Shown here: in pieces, positions 40,063-53,185 of the stretch | Layout of the letters: every line of letters starts with the position of its first letter | Position numbering within the stretch: the first letter of the stretch is position 1 | Assembly: GCA_951406725.2 (NCBI GenBank) | Contig: OX597828.1 | Coordinates: 74,834,001-74,898,000 of the forward strand | Reading direction: 5' to 3' | Source of the DNA: Octopus vulgaris | Taxonomy: Eukaryota | Length of the DNA stretch: 64,000 bases | Position numbers and translations under genes: made by a program | The notes under the pieces: generated by a model | What the model saw: only the letters and a program-made list of their open reading frames with translations | Database searches by the model: none | What the model was told of the DNA's origin: nothing

Positions 40063-41668
40063 TACTCTGACTTAGTTGTATGGGTAGTTTTATTTTACTT
40101 TCTTTAGGACTTGGTTCGAGAAAACAGGGCAATACCCTCTCATGGCCTTTTGCAGGATCTTAAGGTCTGGTGAAACTATCCTCAATCTGGAGACCAGACC
40201 AGAATGCTTACAAAAGAGTCAATTCCACTTATAGCCCCCAAGAGGAAGCTGGTATCACTAAACCAAGTGACAGATTAAGTTTTGATTTTTTTGTTTTTTG
40301 TTTAAGAATGTTTTAGGAATGGTCATGTTGTTGAGAAGCTTTCTTTGCAACCATGTGATTTCAAGTTCAATCCCACGCGGTGATTACTATGGGCAAGTAT
40401 CTTCTTTTACTGTAGCCTCAGCTTGACCAATGCCATGTGATAGATGGAAATTGTACAGAAGCCCGTCGTGTGTGTGTGTGTGTGTAGGTATGTGTATGAA
40501 AGCATGTGTAGGCATCTGCAAGTGTGTGTGTATGTGTGTAAGTGCATGTGCTGGGGTGTGCATGTTTGGGTGTCTGTCTGTGTAGGTGTATGTGTGGAAG
40601 AGTGAATCTTGGTGCATGAGAAAGAAAAAGAGTGAATGTGTGTGTGTATGGATGGATGCATGCGCGCGTGTGTGCATGTGTGGCAACAGCACTGTCCCAA
40701 ATCTGGGAGAAATATTCCAATGCGCATGCAAGGCGCCTGTTGCGTACTACAGATGCACTGACCCCAAAAAGTAGGAGCAGTATTGCATTGTAATCACCCC
40801 ATGGGATTGTAGTTTCTCCTTGCACTTTCTAAAGAATCGGCAGCTGTAATACTGCCAGAATTATAGATCCAGTTTTGGTTCTACCCTCAAGAATAGATAG
40901 AAGCCATCTGCAAAGTTTCTGTCAATGCAATTACATTTTCAACCACAGCTGAAACTTATCCAAACCACAGCAGAATTGAACCTAAAACCACATAATTGTG
41001 AAGAGTACCTCTTGACAACCACTTAAGGGTACTCTGCTGATCAAACTTGTTGTCTTCATGTATTGAACACCTGCAGCGCATGGATCAGCCAAAGTCTTCT
41101 TGATTAAGTGCAAGTTCTCCAGCTGCCAGCCACTTTTGCCAACCAACTCGTCACACTGTCCGTCCGCCGTGTTCTTTGCCTGCCTCTCGACCAACTATTC
41201 TCTACTCTTCCTTCCATGACAATGCTTTCCGGACATTTCCATCAAGAAAACACTAGGATTAAACTAGCATACTAATCTGTACACATAGGCACAGGAGTGG
41301 CTGTGTGGTAAGAAGCTTGCTTCCCAACTGCCATGGCTCTGGGTTCAGTTCCACTGCATGGAACCTTGGGCAAGTGTTTTTTCAACTATAGCCTTGGGCT
41401 AACCAAAGCCTTGTGAGTGGATTTGGTAGACAGAAACCGAAAGAAGCCCATTTTATATATATAGGTGCAGGCATGGCTGTGTGGTTAGGGAGCTTGCTTC
41501 CTAGCTACAGGGTTTCGGGTTCAGTCCCACTGCGTGACACTTTGGGTAGGTGTCTTCCACTATAGCCCCGAGCCAACCGAAGCTTTGTGATTGAATTCAG
41601 TAGGCGGAAGTTACTGCCGTGTGTGTATGTGTGCATATAGCTGCTCAGTGCCTCTCCAAAAGAGAGAG

Positions 41669-41741
<73 letters not shown>

Positions 41742-41775
41742 CACACACATATATATACACACATACACACACACT

Positions 41776-41807
<32 letters not shown>

Positions 41808-42000
41808 AACACACACACAGTAGTTAGTAAGTTTCTTTTTTTTTCTTAATTTCAGCCAGCCCCAGGGTAGAGAGGTGGCCTGACATTTGGTTATGGCTTT
41901 CATCCGCTCTTCACCACCTTCGCTGACCAACACAAAGTTCATAATCATTCTCCTATATTAAACAGTATTCGTTAATGTGCAAACGCAGTTGTCTTCTTAC

Positions 42001-42170
42001 CTGCCAAACTTATATGGAATTGGTTTCGCTTTCGAGGATTCAATCTCATCCAGAAACGGAGTGAAAATACGCCAAGCTTCATATAATTCATCAGAACGGA
42101 CAAAGTTCATTTGGGAACCAGCAAAGACGTCGATGAGGAGACGTTCATAGGCATCTGGGAACTTGGCATC
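42001..42170 (-). CDS. G6PD: G6PD exon
   Basis: 170 bp; [56 protein letters not shown]. Confidence 0.96.
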
Positions 42171-44451
42171 CTGAAAGCAGAATTCAAGGGGAAAAGAAAA
42201 AGAAAACTCATGATATTGGATCCAGAAAAGGAAATCACACAACCCCCCATGGGTTGCTTTCGTTGTTGTTATTTAGTCCTAACACACCTGGTTGATACCC
42301 TTTTGATGCCAACACACATGGCTTAGTGGTTACGGTTTGGGACTCATGACTAGGATTGTGGTTTCAATTCCTGGACCAGGCGATATGTTGTGCTCTTGAG
42401 CAAGATGCTTCACTTCCCATTGCTCAAGTCCACTCAGCTGGCAAAAATGAGTCATCCTGAGATGGACTTGCATGCCATCCAGGGAGAAATATACACAGTG
42501 GGACAAAAGTCTCACACAAAGTAAGTTCAATATGCTCTGAAATTGTCAAAGACATGCTTTGGTTTTCTTAAAATAAAATAATGATGATAAAAAAAGCCCC
42601 AGATTCCTCCTGTAGACGAGGAACAAAATGAATAACAACAACAACAAATGAAATGTCAAATGTTTGGAGGGTGACTTTTTGGCCCAGCTTGTATTATTAT
42701 TTATTATGGCTGGGTTCCAACCTGGCCTGCAGTACCAAAGTCGACTGGCCACACTTCTCGGTTGTGGATATATTCCAGGCCTTTGCCAGCAATCAACTTG
42801 TCAAAGTAAGTGCGACATTTATCCATTTCGTGGATTTCATGAGACTAGTTTGGATGCTTCCATTTCAGGGTGGTGCACTCAATGACCAGACAGTCGTAGC
42901 TGTCTTTGCTTGACCTTCTCACTAACTGTCAGCAGGTCTCCTTAAAGGCATTCATTTGTCATATGTTGCTGCCATTTCACATTTCCCTAACAACCAGTAG
43001 AAGCATATGAAAAGTGGATGGAAGATGTAGAGTTAAGAAGGAGATTCAATGGATATCAGCTCTAAAAAATAAAATGCTATCTAACTTGAAATATTCCAAA
43101 ACAGGATGATGTCTGAGCTTGGAGAAAACCCAACATCGAAAAGAAGGGAGCTGCCAATGAAGATGAATAACATGCATCAGGATCCCGTTGAAGAAGGGAT
43201 CAAAATTGTTGACTGCACACAAACTTGCAACAAATTTGGACTTCATTAGCATTCTTGAGCAGCATCCATTTAACCCATTTGATATGCCAGAGAAACCAGG
43301 AAACTGGGCCTATGTTCCTTATGGAGTAATGTGGAATGGCCCGTACCAATTCACCTGGGATCAGCCCTGGTTTTATGATAAAAGTTTCTTGCTTTAAAGG
43401 GATCGAAATTAAAAACCTTCCTTCAAAGTTAAGTTCAAAACACCAGCTTAATTCACCATCATCCTCATCATCACCATCATCATCCTCATCATTTAACGTC
43501 TGCTTTCCATGCTGGCATGGGTCAGACGGTTTGACTGGAAGTGGGAAGCCAGAGGGCTGCACCAGGTTCCAGCCTGATTCGGCATAGTTTCTAAGGCTGG
43601 ATGCCCTTCCTAATGCCAACCACTTTACAGAGTGTAGTGGGTGCTTTTTACGTGCCTTTTACATGACACCGGCAAAGGCTACAACTATGGTTTCACTTGG
43701 TTCGATGAGTTTTTTCCAGCAGAGCAAATCAGCAAATGTCTCGGGTCACTTGTCATCGCCTGTGTGAGGCCCAACGTTCAAAGATCATGCTTCACCATCC
43801 TGTCCCTCACTTCCAAAAGGCCCAACATTCGAAGACCATGCTACCAGCCACAGCCACAATTACAATTTCATGGGTACCATTTACATGACACCAGGAACGG
43901 CCAGAACTGCAATTTCACTCATCTTGAGGAGTCTAAATCGTAACAAAATTATTTTATTAAATTCTTCATTATTCTTTAAATTAATTAGAACAAAGGTAAT
44001 CCTGTCTTTTTTCTTTGTCTTAACAAAATCTAAGATTAAATTATTCATTCTGTCCTTCCTTTCTTCAAAACTATTTCAGCAGCTGATTTGACCCAATTGG
44101 AAATCATGATGATGATGATGGTGATGATGATTATGATAGTAGCAGCAATTATAATGATGATAGTCATTGGTGATGGTGGTGGCAATGATGATGATGGTGG
44201 TGGTGGTGGTGTCACTGATGGTGGTGATGATGATGATAGTAGCAGCAATTATAATGTTGATAGCTGTTGGTGATGATGGTGGTGGTGTTATTGATGTTGA
44301 GGATAGAGACCAGGGTGCTAAAGATGTTGATGGCGATAATGAGTATGAAAACGAAGATGCCAACGGTAACGAGGGCCGGGATGGATAACAATGAGCGAAA
44401 CTCGGTAAATAAATAAATTTCAAAAAAAGAAAAAAAGGTGTTGCAACTGAC

Positions 44452-44660
44452 CATAAATCGGTTCTCAAAGGTCAGATCAAGTTCACTTTCCTCACAGTTG
44501 AAGGACATTCCAGGCAGCTTGGTCATCACCTTCATGTAGATGGCCTCCCTCGGCTGGACACGGAAAACCAGTTCATTGCGCTTGATGCAGCCGCGATTGA
44601 AGATGTTAGACGGAACATCCTGGAACTGGATGCGAATCTCAGCTTTACGTTCATTGAGAG
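44452..44660 (-). CDS. G6PD: G6PD exon
   Basis: 209 bp; [21 protein letters not shown]...[44 protein letters not shown]. Confidence 0.96.
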
Positions 44661-44801
44661 CTGAAAGAGGAAAGGGTACGGGTATTAGAGAGATAAAAAT
44701 GGGGGTAGAAACCGGGTGGAGGCCAGGGTAGGGTGGGGCGAGGAGTGGGGGTGGATGACGGCGATATAATTGTACCCAGAATTGTTGTAATAGTGAATAT
44801 A

Positions 44802-44963
44802 GGCACAGGAGTGGCTGGGTAGTAAGAAGCTTGCTTCCCAACCACATGGTTCTGGGTTCAGTCCAACTGCGTGGCACCTTGGGCAAGTGTCTCCTACTAT
44901 AGCCTCTGGCTGATCAAAGCCTTGTGAGTGGATTTAGTAGACGGAAACTGGAAGAAGCCAGTC

Positions 44964-44996
<33 letters not shown>

Positions 44997-45248
44997 TGTG
45001 TGTGTATATATTTATTTATTTATGCATGAATGTGTGTGTGTGTTTGTCCCCCCCCACCATCACTTGACAACCTATGTTGGTATGTTTATGTCCCCATAAC
45101 TTAGTGATTCGACACAAGAGACAGAGAGAATAAGTACTAGGCTTACAAAGAATAAGTCCTGGGTGGGGGTCGATTTCTTTGACAAACACTCCTTTAAGGT
45201 GGTGCTCCAGCATGGCCACAGTCAAATGACTGAAACAAGTTAAAAGAA
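44802..45248 (+). mobile_element. Family A full copy
   Basis: Same structure as 1613-2008. Confidence 0.85.
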
Positions 45249-45799
45249 TAAAAAATAAAAAATAAATAGGAAAAAATTCATTGTTCCTAAAGCGCAGTAC
45301 AGTTATGGACTGTCCATAATAAAGTCACATCATGGCTTAGTGGTCAGGGTATTCAGCTACCAATTGCAAGGTCATGAGTTCAATTCCTGCCATGTGTTTG
45401 TAAGCAAGACCCTTTATTTCACGTTGCTCCAGTCCACTCAGCTGGCAAAAATGAGTAGCACCTGCATTTCAAAGGGTTGGTCTTGTCTCACTACATGTCA
45501 TGCTGAACCTCCCCGAGAACTACATTAGGGGTACAAGTGTCTGTGGAGCGCTCAGCCACTTGCACATTAATTTCATGAGCAGGCTGGCACCCTTGTGGTA
45601 GCCGATGGAGTGCCAGGTGCATAATAAAGTTAACAGCTTTGTTCTATGTCACTATTACTCTTATATTCCATTCAAAGATCCCCGATTTCATTTGTGGAGT
45701 AAAACCAAGAGTGGACACAGGGACAGGGGATAAAGTTAAGGGTAGATGTGTCAGTCAGGTGTCTGAGTATGTCAAACAACAGGAATGACCACACACAGT

Positions 45800-46045
45800 T
45801 CAGTGTACAGATATCCATAGGTCCCCCCGACACACACACACACATCACAACTAACTCTACAGATGTCCATAGGCCCACACACACACAACTGTACAAATAC
45901 AGACAGCTAACTGTACATAGCCCCCACCACACATACTACTGATTCTACAGATGTCCATAGGCCCACACATACAACTGTACAAATGCACACATTTGGCTGT
46001 ACATAGGCCCCACCACACATTTACACAACAGGCTAACTCTATACA
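45800..46045. repeat. Degenerate about 85-90 bp tandem repeat
   Basis: CTACAGATGTCCATAGGCCCACAC...AACTGTACAAAT recurs at about 45856 and 45945. Confidence 0.75.
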
Positions 46046-46199
46046 CACACACAACATATACACACGGTCATCATATCAACCAATCTTATAAACTTACTTT
46101 TCTCTCTGTCAACACGTCACAATAATTAACAGAATCATGTATTTAACTGAAATGCTTAAAGCGTTTTTGTTTAATAATTAAAGAATTAAAATTGCTTAC

Positions 46200-46289
46200 C
46201 TTTACCACATCTTAAAATAAAAGGAACACCTTTCCAACGTTCATTGTTGACAAATAAGACGGCAGCAGCAAAAGTTGGAGTCACAGAAT
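46200..46289 (-). CDS. G6PD: G6PD exon
   Basis: 90 bp; [30 protein letters not shown]; acceptor ...attattatag. Confidence 0.94.
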
Positions 46290-46290
46290 C

Positions 46291-46427
46291 TATAATAATA
46301 ATAATAATAATAATGATGATAATGATAATAATGATAATAATAATATAATAATAATGATAATAATAATAATAATAATAATAACAATAATGATAATAATGAT
46401 AATAATATAATAATAATAATAACAATA

Positions 46428-46463
<36 letters not shown>

Positions 46464-46581
46464 TGATAATAATAATAATATTAATAATAATATAATAATA
46501 ATAATAGTAATAATAATAATAATAATATAATAATAATGATAATAATAAAATAATAATAATAATAATGATAATAATAATAAT

Positions 46582-46613
<32 letters not shown>

Positions 46614-46698
46614 AATAATAATAGTAATAATAATAATAATAATATAATAATAATAATAATAATAAAATAATAATAATAATAATGATAATAATAATAAT

Positions 46699-46730
<32 letters not shown>

Positions 46731-46742
46731 AATAATAATAAT
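46291..46742. repeat. (AAT)n array with about 117 bp higher-order duplication
   Basis: Interruption pattern starting ATAGTAATAA recurs at about 46504 and 46621. Confidence 0.9.
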
Positions 46743-47927
46743 GGTTTTAATGATAACTAAGTTATTTTACTAAATTCTTTGTTACATTTGAAATTAATTG
46801 AGAGAAACACAGAACTTCTCAAAATAAATACGGTGACGAAAGGGTTAAACTGCTGCACCGCCTTGAAGTGTTTAGTCTAACAAATTGATTCCAGTACTCT
46901 TAGACACATAGGATATGGCACACAAGCACCACCCAACAGAACCCACAGAGTCTCCAAAACACGAGATTAATACCAGAAGCAACAAAAAATCCACAACAAA
47001 CAAACACAACAACCACAACCCCAAAATATAAATCCAGAGTGACTGGGCCGCTAATGGCAAAGTCCTTGCCACCATAAGCAGCTTGCCTTACTGAGGTGTC
47101 AGATGATGCTCGTGAGGGCGCTTGGCTTGCTTCAGCAGGTTCCGTTGGACCTTGTGGTGTCCGACCATTTGAAGCACTTGGTTTTTTTTTGTTTTTTATT
47201 TTTATTTTGTAAAATATATTCCTTTTCACCGATTTAATGCAAATTCTAACAATTATTTTGTACCTCTTTGAAATTTTCACTGATTCTACCAGATAGTGAA
47301 TACGTTGGGAATGAAGGGGAGACAAAGGCTCCCCTTTGAATTATCAATAAATAAATAAATAAACCTGAAGGGAGCGGAGTTAAATAAAACACGCAAAATA
47401 ATTTCTAAGATAGGCCACACATTTTGAGGGCCAAAGGTTACACACGGTTACATCAATCCTGTACTATTTCTCGACCCCAGAAGGATAAAAACAAAGTTGT
47501 TCTCAACACAATTTGAACTCAGAACAAAGAATTGTAAACATCACACCACATTTATTTTTTCCTTAAAACATGGAAATTTTTAACTGAGGGTAAAACGTAA
47601 CAGTCGGAAAGCAGAGGAAAATGAATTCCTGTAGAAAACAGGTTTTGGAAAAATAAATCATTGAAACAGGTCACGCGTTTAAGGGAAACAACTCTTTCAG
47701 GAATAATAATTCTTTCTTTACAAGAAAATTATTGTCTCCCTTACTTATTTCTGAGACTCATGAAATGCATAATTTCCTTTAAAAATTCTATTCGATTCTT
47801 TAGATAGTGTAAAGGTCCACCTAGGTAGTATTCAATGCACAGTCATAGGAAATAGCAACTCTGAATAGCTATATTCCTAGTTATACGCTTGTCACCTCTA
47901 TTACCAGGAGAGTTCTTACCTATCATT

Positions 47928-48343
47928 GGTGCTACTTTGGCGTGTGATCTGCAAGGGAGATTACTTTGGGTTACTTTTTAAATTATTTTGTAATACTTAG
48001 CATTGTAAATGTGTTTTTTTCAAAATTCTTACCATCTTAATAATAAGAAAACCACATAATAATTAAAATAAGCCCATAGGTCATCCACCAGAGTAAATTT
48101 GCTCACGTAGATCATACAGAAAGTAACACCAACACACAGTAAACTAAAAAGAAACCTAAAGTAATCTCCCCTTAAATTGTCGATCACATGGCCAAGTGGC
48201 ACGTTTGCAACTGCCTTCATCTCGTCGCTGATCACATTGTAAACATCTTTCGCCAACGTCTTATAGGCTTTTAGAAATTGAAAAGTTAACTAAAACGTAA
48301 CTCAAAGTAATCTCCCTTGTAGATCAAACGCCAAAGGAGCACC
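47928..48343. mobile_element. MITE with 47 bp terminal inverted repeats
   Basis: GGTGCTACTTTGGCGTGTGATCTGCAAGGGAGATTACTTTGGGTTAC vs reverse complement at 48297-48343 (43/47). Confidence 0.75.
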
Positions 48344-48589
48344 TTATTATCGTTCACTTTACATCAATCTCATCTGCATAAAGGCATTAAAAGTGGTACA
48401 AATGAGCAGTAATGTAACAAAACTCACTGACAACCAACTATGGATGACCGGTAGTAACTATGGATGACCGGTAGTGCAATAAGAAAAAACCCTTAAAAAT
48501 AAACTTAGAACATCAATCACAGATTGTTTAAAAGATTAGGTTAAACTAAAGTGATTGCATTCTACAACACTATAGAAAAAAGGACTTAC

Positions 48590-48716
48590 CATCAGGCACA
48601 GTGGGGTCGTCAAGGTAACCCTTAGCACTGTCACCTTCAGTATCAGGGTCACCAACATACTGACCAAGAACAACATTCTTCATCTCGGGAGGTTCAATAC
48701 ATTTCAATACCTTCAC
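48590..48716 (-). CDS. G6PD: G6PD exon
   Basis: 127 bp; [42 protein letters not shown]. Confidence 0.95.
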
Positions 48717-49981
48717 CTGTAACGAGAATGTAGAAGTCAAATGTGGCAGAGTAATTGATGAAATGCTAAACTGTGTCTGCTCCATAATAAGACAACTATC
48801 TCTGTCTCTCTATCATATTCTAACCTCTTGCCTGGCACACAGCCACTTCCCTCGGCTCCACTCCCTCTCTCAACTAAGAGGGTTTTGTCCTGCAAATTAC
48901 CATATTTTAATGTGTATAAGGAAACTTTTTTTGTCAAAAATTAGGTGAAAAAAATATGGGACTTCCTTATACATGGACAGTATTGTAATCCCTTACAAAA
49001 CCTTTTTTTCCAAATTTTAAGTCCGAAAATTTAGAGGGTTCCTTATAAATGTTAAAATATGGTGCTTGGCGACCCCACTGGTGTTGGTGCAACATAAAAA
49101 GCACTTGTGCTGGTGCCACGTAAAAGGGCCCAGTACACACTGTAAAGTGGTTGGCATTAAGAAGGGCACCCATGCCAAAACAGACCACTGGAGCCTGGTG
49201 CAGCTATCTAGCTTGCCAGCTCCTGACAAAACCGTCCAACCTACGACAGCATAGAAGATGAATGTTAAAGGACGATAATGATGATGACATCATTAAATAT
49301 ATATAGTGATGACAAGATATGACAAGGTTGGGTCAGAAAACTGAGGAATTGGGTATTTAAATGGTCAACAACTCCACAAAAAAGAAAAAATTGTGACTCT
49401 GTTATAAAAGGAGGTCAAAATATGACAGCATGAATTAATATTATATAATACTGTTTATCATCATTTAATATGTTTTCCATGCTGGCATGGGTTGGACAGA
49501 TTGAGAGGAACTGGCAAGTCAAAAGATTGCACCTAGTTCTACTGTTTGCTTTGGCATAGTGCCTATGGCTGGATGTCCCTCCTAACCCCCAACAATTTTA
49601 CAGAGTGTACTGGGGGCTTTTTATGTGGCATCAGCAAGATCACCAAGAACTTGCAAGATAAAGACACCCCACATCTGCCTCTCAACTGCGTGGAGTATAG
49701 TATTTGTACCTGGTGATGAGAGTTTGGGGTACAACAGAGGGGCAGAAACAGGTGTCTTGTAGTAGAAGAGATACGTGATTACCCCAGTTGGAGAGAGAGG
49801 ATAATTATATTAAAAGCAAAAAAAAACAAAAAAACTCATGACTCACAAGGAAGATCTCATAATATATACCCTTGCTTTTACTGGACGACTTCAGTGGAAA
49901 TGGATTAGGGAGAGGTCCTTAGTTTATCAGAGAAAGACAAAGAGCACAAAAGGTAACATCACCACCACCACCTTGATGATA

Positions 49982-50231
49982 CTGGGTTGGTGCATAATTA
50001 TTGTGGCTTTTTTTCAACAAATTCTATTCAACAAAAACAATAACAACAGGTAACAAAAACATCTTTAAGTGATTATTCCGGAGCATATTGACCATCCACT
50101 TCAATTACTGCTTCCAGTTTGCTTGGCAGATGGTCAGACCGTCATTTAAAGATGTTTTTGTTAAATATTGTTATTGTTTTTGTTGAATAAAATTTGTTGA
50201 AAACAGCTGCAATAATTATGGAGCAACCCAA
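49982..50231. mobile_element. Tc1/mariner-type MITE
   Basis: TA flanks at 49980-81 and 50232-33; about 90 bp imperfect inverted arms starting CTGGGTTGGTGCATAATTATTG / CAATAATTATGGAGCAACCCAA. Confidence 0.75.
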
Positions 50232-50476
50232 TAATTGGCGCCAAAGAGAAAGTCTATACGTGGTCACATAATTTGCTAAAAACAGCAACTCAGTTTCTCT
50301 TGAGTCAAACCCTAACTTCTTACAAATTGTTCAGTGTATTCCTGGATCTAAGAAAAAACAGGATGGTCACAGCTGGATAACTCTGACCTGACCTGGGGCT
50401 AAATAACATACTACAAAATACAGACAACACCAACAACAACCTTATAGCAAAGTGAAGGACAAATACAGACACACAC

Positions 50477-50570
50477 CTTCTCATTTCTGATGTCTTCAGC
50501 GCTGGTACTGGATGGTTGATCCATGGCAACGATTGACAGTAATTGAAGTAAATGGTTCTGCATCACATCC
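50477..50570 (-). CDS. G6PD: G6PD exon (catalytic His, DVMQNH)
   Basis: 94 bp; [31 protein letters not shown]. Confidence 0.96.
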
Positions 50571-51311
50571 CTGAAATAGCAACAGATTCCTCCTTTAGAT
50601 TTACCATTATTAAAGACTAATGAATGAGGGTAGATTAACAAATGAGAGTTACTGCTGGAGAGGAATTTGGTTCACAAATATGGAAGCCCTTTATAGGCAA
50701 TGGCAAGTGATTGAGACCTTTGGCGATAGCTGTGCTTGAAAAAACTCGTCAAGCCAAGTGAAATTGTAGTTGTGGCCAAATACTGGTGACACATAACTGG
50801 CACCTGTTCCAGTGGCATATAGAAACAACCATGCCAGTGGCATGTAAAAAGCACCCATTACACTCTTGGAGTGGTTGGCATTAGGAAGAGGATCCAGCCG
50901 TAGAAACCAGGCCAAAACTGACTGGAATTTGGTGCAGCTCTCTGGTTTACCAGTTCCAGTCAACCTGTCTAACTCATGCCAGCACAGAGAGCAGACACTA
51001 TACAATGATGATGATACACACACACACACTTCATTTTTGTATTTCAATTGTCAGATTCTTGATGAGAATTTGTGTGTTGAAACAAATCTTGTCTTGGGAG
51101 GGTCAATATATCGATAATAATGACACATGCACTGGCTCAATATTACTTCTTTATTGTTACTCATCTTTATGAGATGACAAGCAAATCTCCTTAGATCTGA
51201 GACTGAACTGACCTCGAACAAAAGGTCAAACTCTTAAAGAGGTTACCAGTGGATAATGCACACACATTCACAAACAAACATACAGGCAATTACACAGGTG
51301 TAGACACACAA

Positions 51312-51344
<33 letters not shown>

Positions 51345-52319
51345 CACGCATGTGAACAGACACACACAGAGAAACACTTCATTCACTCTTGCCCTTCCCT
51401 CATAATCAAACACACACCTACATAGACACTGGCATAAGACAGACACAAGGAAGGCCCTGAAGAGAGAGGGCATGTCATTGAAGGGGCTGTGAATAGCAAC
51501 AAAAGAACAAACAAACAACTGATTAGTTGGTTAGGTATTTAATTAATTGACTGACAAAGAAGTGATATTGAACCAGTGTGTGTGTGTGTCATTATTGGCA
51601 TGATGACCCTTCCAGAACACAAGATACGCACATGCACACACAGCTATAAAAGAAACTTGCCCATGGTCCCACATATATATATACAGTGTGTGTGTGTATG
51701 TGTGTGTGATGGACTCCCTCGTTGAAGATGACGTCTGAGCGTTCAGCTTTTTGCCGAATGACCTGCACAAACGATTGGTTTATGGAGATCAAATGTTTGT
51801 GCTGCACACTAGCCCACTCCCTCTCCATCAAATCGATGTTACCTGAACAGGTGTCACTGTGTACCGTGCGTCAGGTGTCGAAATATTTGCAGAGCAATGT
51901 GAGGTGAAGTGTTTTGCTCAAGAAGACAATGCACCGCCTGGTCTAGGAATTGAAACTACGATCTTGCTATCGTGAGTGCAACACCTTAACCACTAGGCCA
52001 TGCGCCTTCACATGTATGTGTTTGCATGTGTGTGTGTGTGCACATGTGTATATGTGTATATGTGTGTTTGTATGTATATGTGTATGTATGTGTGTATATA
52101 TATGTGTGTGTATATGTGTGTATACATGTGTGTGTATACATGTGTGTATATATGTGTGTATATACGTCTGTGTATATGTGTGTGTGCATGTGTGTGTACA
52201 TGTGTGCATATATGTGTGTGCATGTATATGTGTGTGTGCATGTATATGCGTGTGTGAATATATGTGTGTATGTGTATATATGCACACACACACACGCACG
52301 CGCGCACGTGCATACCAAC

Positions 52320-52445
52320 CTGATGATTCCCGACTGGTCAAAATATCCGCCCCTGCCTTGCGTCCCTATTGGTTCTTTGAAGCTGATCACCACACTGGAA
52401 ACGTGGCTGTTGTTCCAGATCGGATTAAAGATCAAATTGCCAAAT
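52320..52445 (-). CDS. G6PD: G6PD exon
   Basis: 126 bp; [42 protein letters not shown]. Confidence 0.96.
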
Positions 52446-52509
52446 CTAAATAAAACCAAACAACAACAATACAGTTTCAATTACAATAATGACAATAATT
52501 TATTTTTTC

Positions 52510-52950
52510 TGCTATAAGGACAAGGCTAGCAATTTTGAGGGAAGGGGCCAAGTTAATTAAGTTGACCCCAGTGTTTAACTGTTACTTATTTTACCGCTCC
52601 CGAAAGGATGACTGGCAAAGCCAACCTTGGCAGAACGTGAACTTGGAACATAAAACCAGATGAGATGCTGATAAGCGTTCTGCCGGACATGGTAACGACT
52701 CTGCCAGCTCGTTACCTTAATAACAATAACAATAATAATAATAATGATTTAAAATTTTTGCCACAAGGGCAGCTTGGGGATTAAAGCAATTACATCGACC
52801 CCAGTGTGTAACTGGTACTTATTTAATCGACCCCGAAAGGATGAAAGGCAAAGTCGAACTCAGTGGAATTTGAACTCAGAACATAGCGATGGGCTACCAC
52901 TAAGCATTTCTTCCAGTGCACTACCAATTCTGCCAGCTCACTGCCTTAAT
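52510..52950 (-). mobile_element. Two family B SINEs
   Basis: Reverse complement matches with (AAT)n between them. Confidence 0.75.
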
Positions 52951-53023
52951 AATAATAATGATGATGATGGTGGTGGTGGTGGTGGTGGTGGTGGTGGTGG
53001 TGGTGATGGTGGTGAATATTTAC

Positions 53024-53185
53024 CTGAAGATCATGAGATTCTGTACCATTTCCTTGCCCAAATAATGGTCAATTCTGTAGATCTGTTCTTCTGGAAACAT
53101 TGAAGAAATATGTTCGCTGAGGGCAGTGTAGGAATCTAAATCTCGGCCAAATGGTTTTTCAATTATAATCCTTGTGAATCTGGAC
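53024..53185 (-). CDS. G6PD: G6PD exon with EKPFG and active-site RIDHYLGKE
   Basis: 162 bp; [54 protein letters not shown]; absent from the ORF track in this frame. Confidence 0.97.

Noticed and set aside
44698-44755. G-quadruplex-like G runs (also 63285-63310)
   Set aside because: No evidence of function; the first is simply a C-rich tract upstream of a G6PD acceptor on the transcribed strand
44212-44886. 224 aa ORF as a standalone gene
   Set aside because: Chimera of SINE, a real 209 bp G6PD exon and a (CAT)n repeat
770-52517. Dozens of ORFs rich in CV, YI, HT, LS, ER or poly-I/H/M
   Set aside because: Translations of di- and trinucleotide microsatellites that lack stops in some frames
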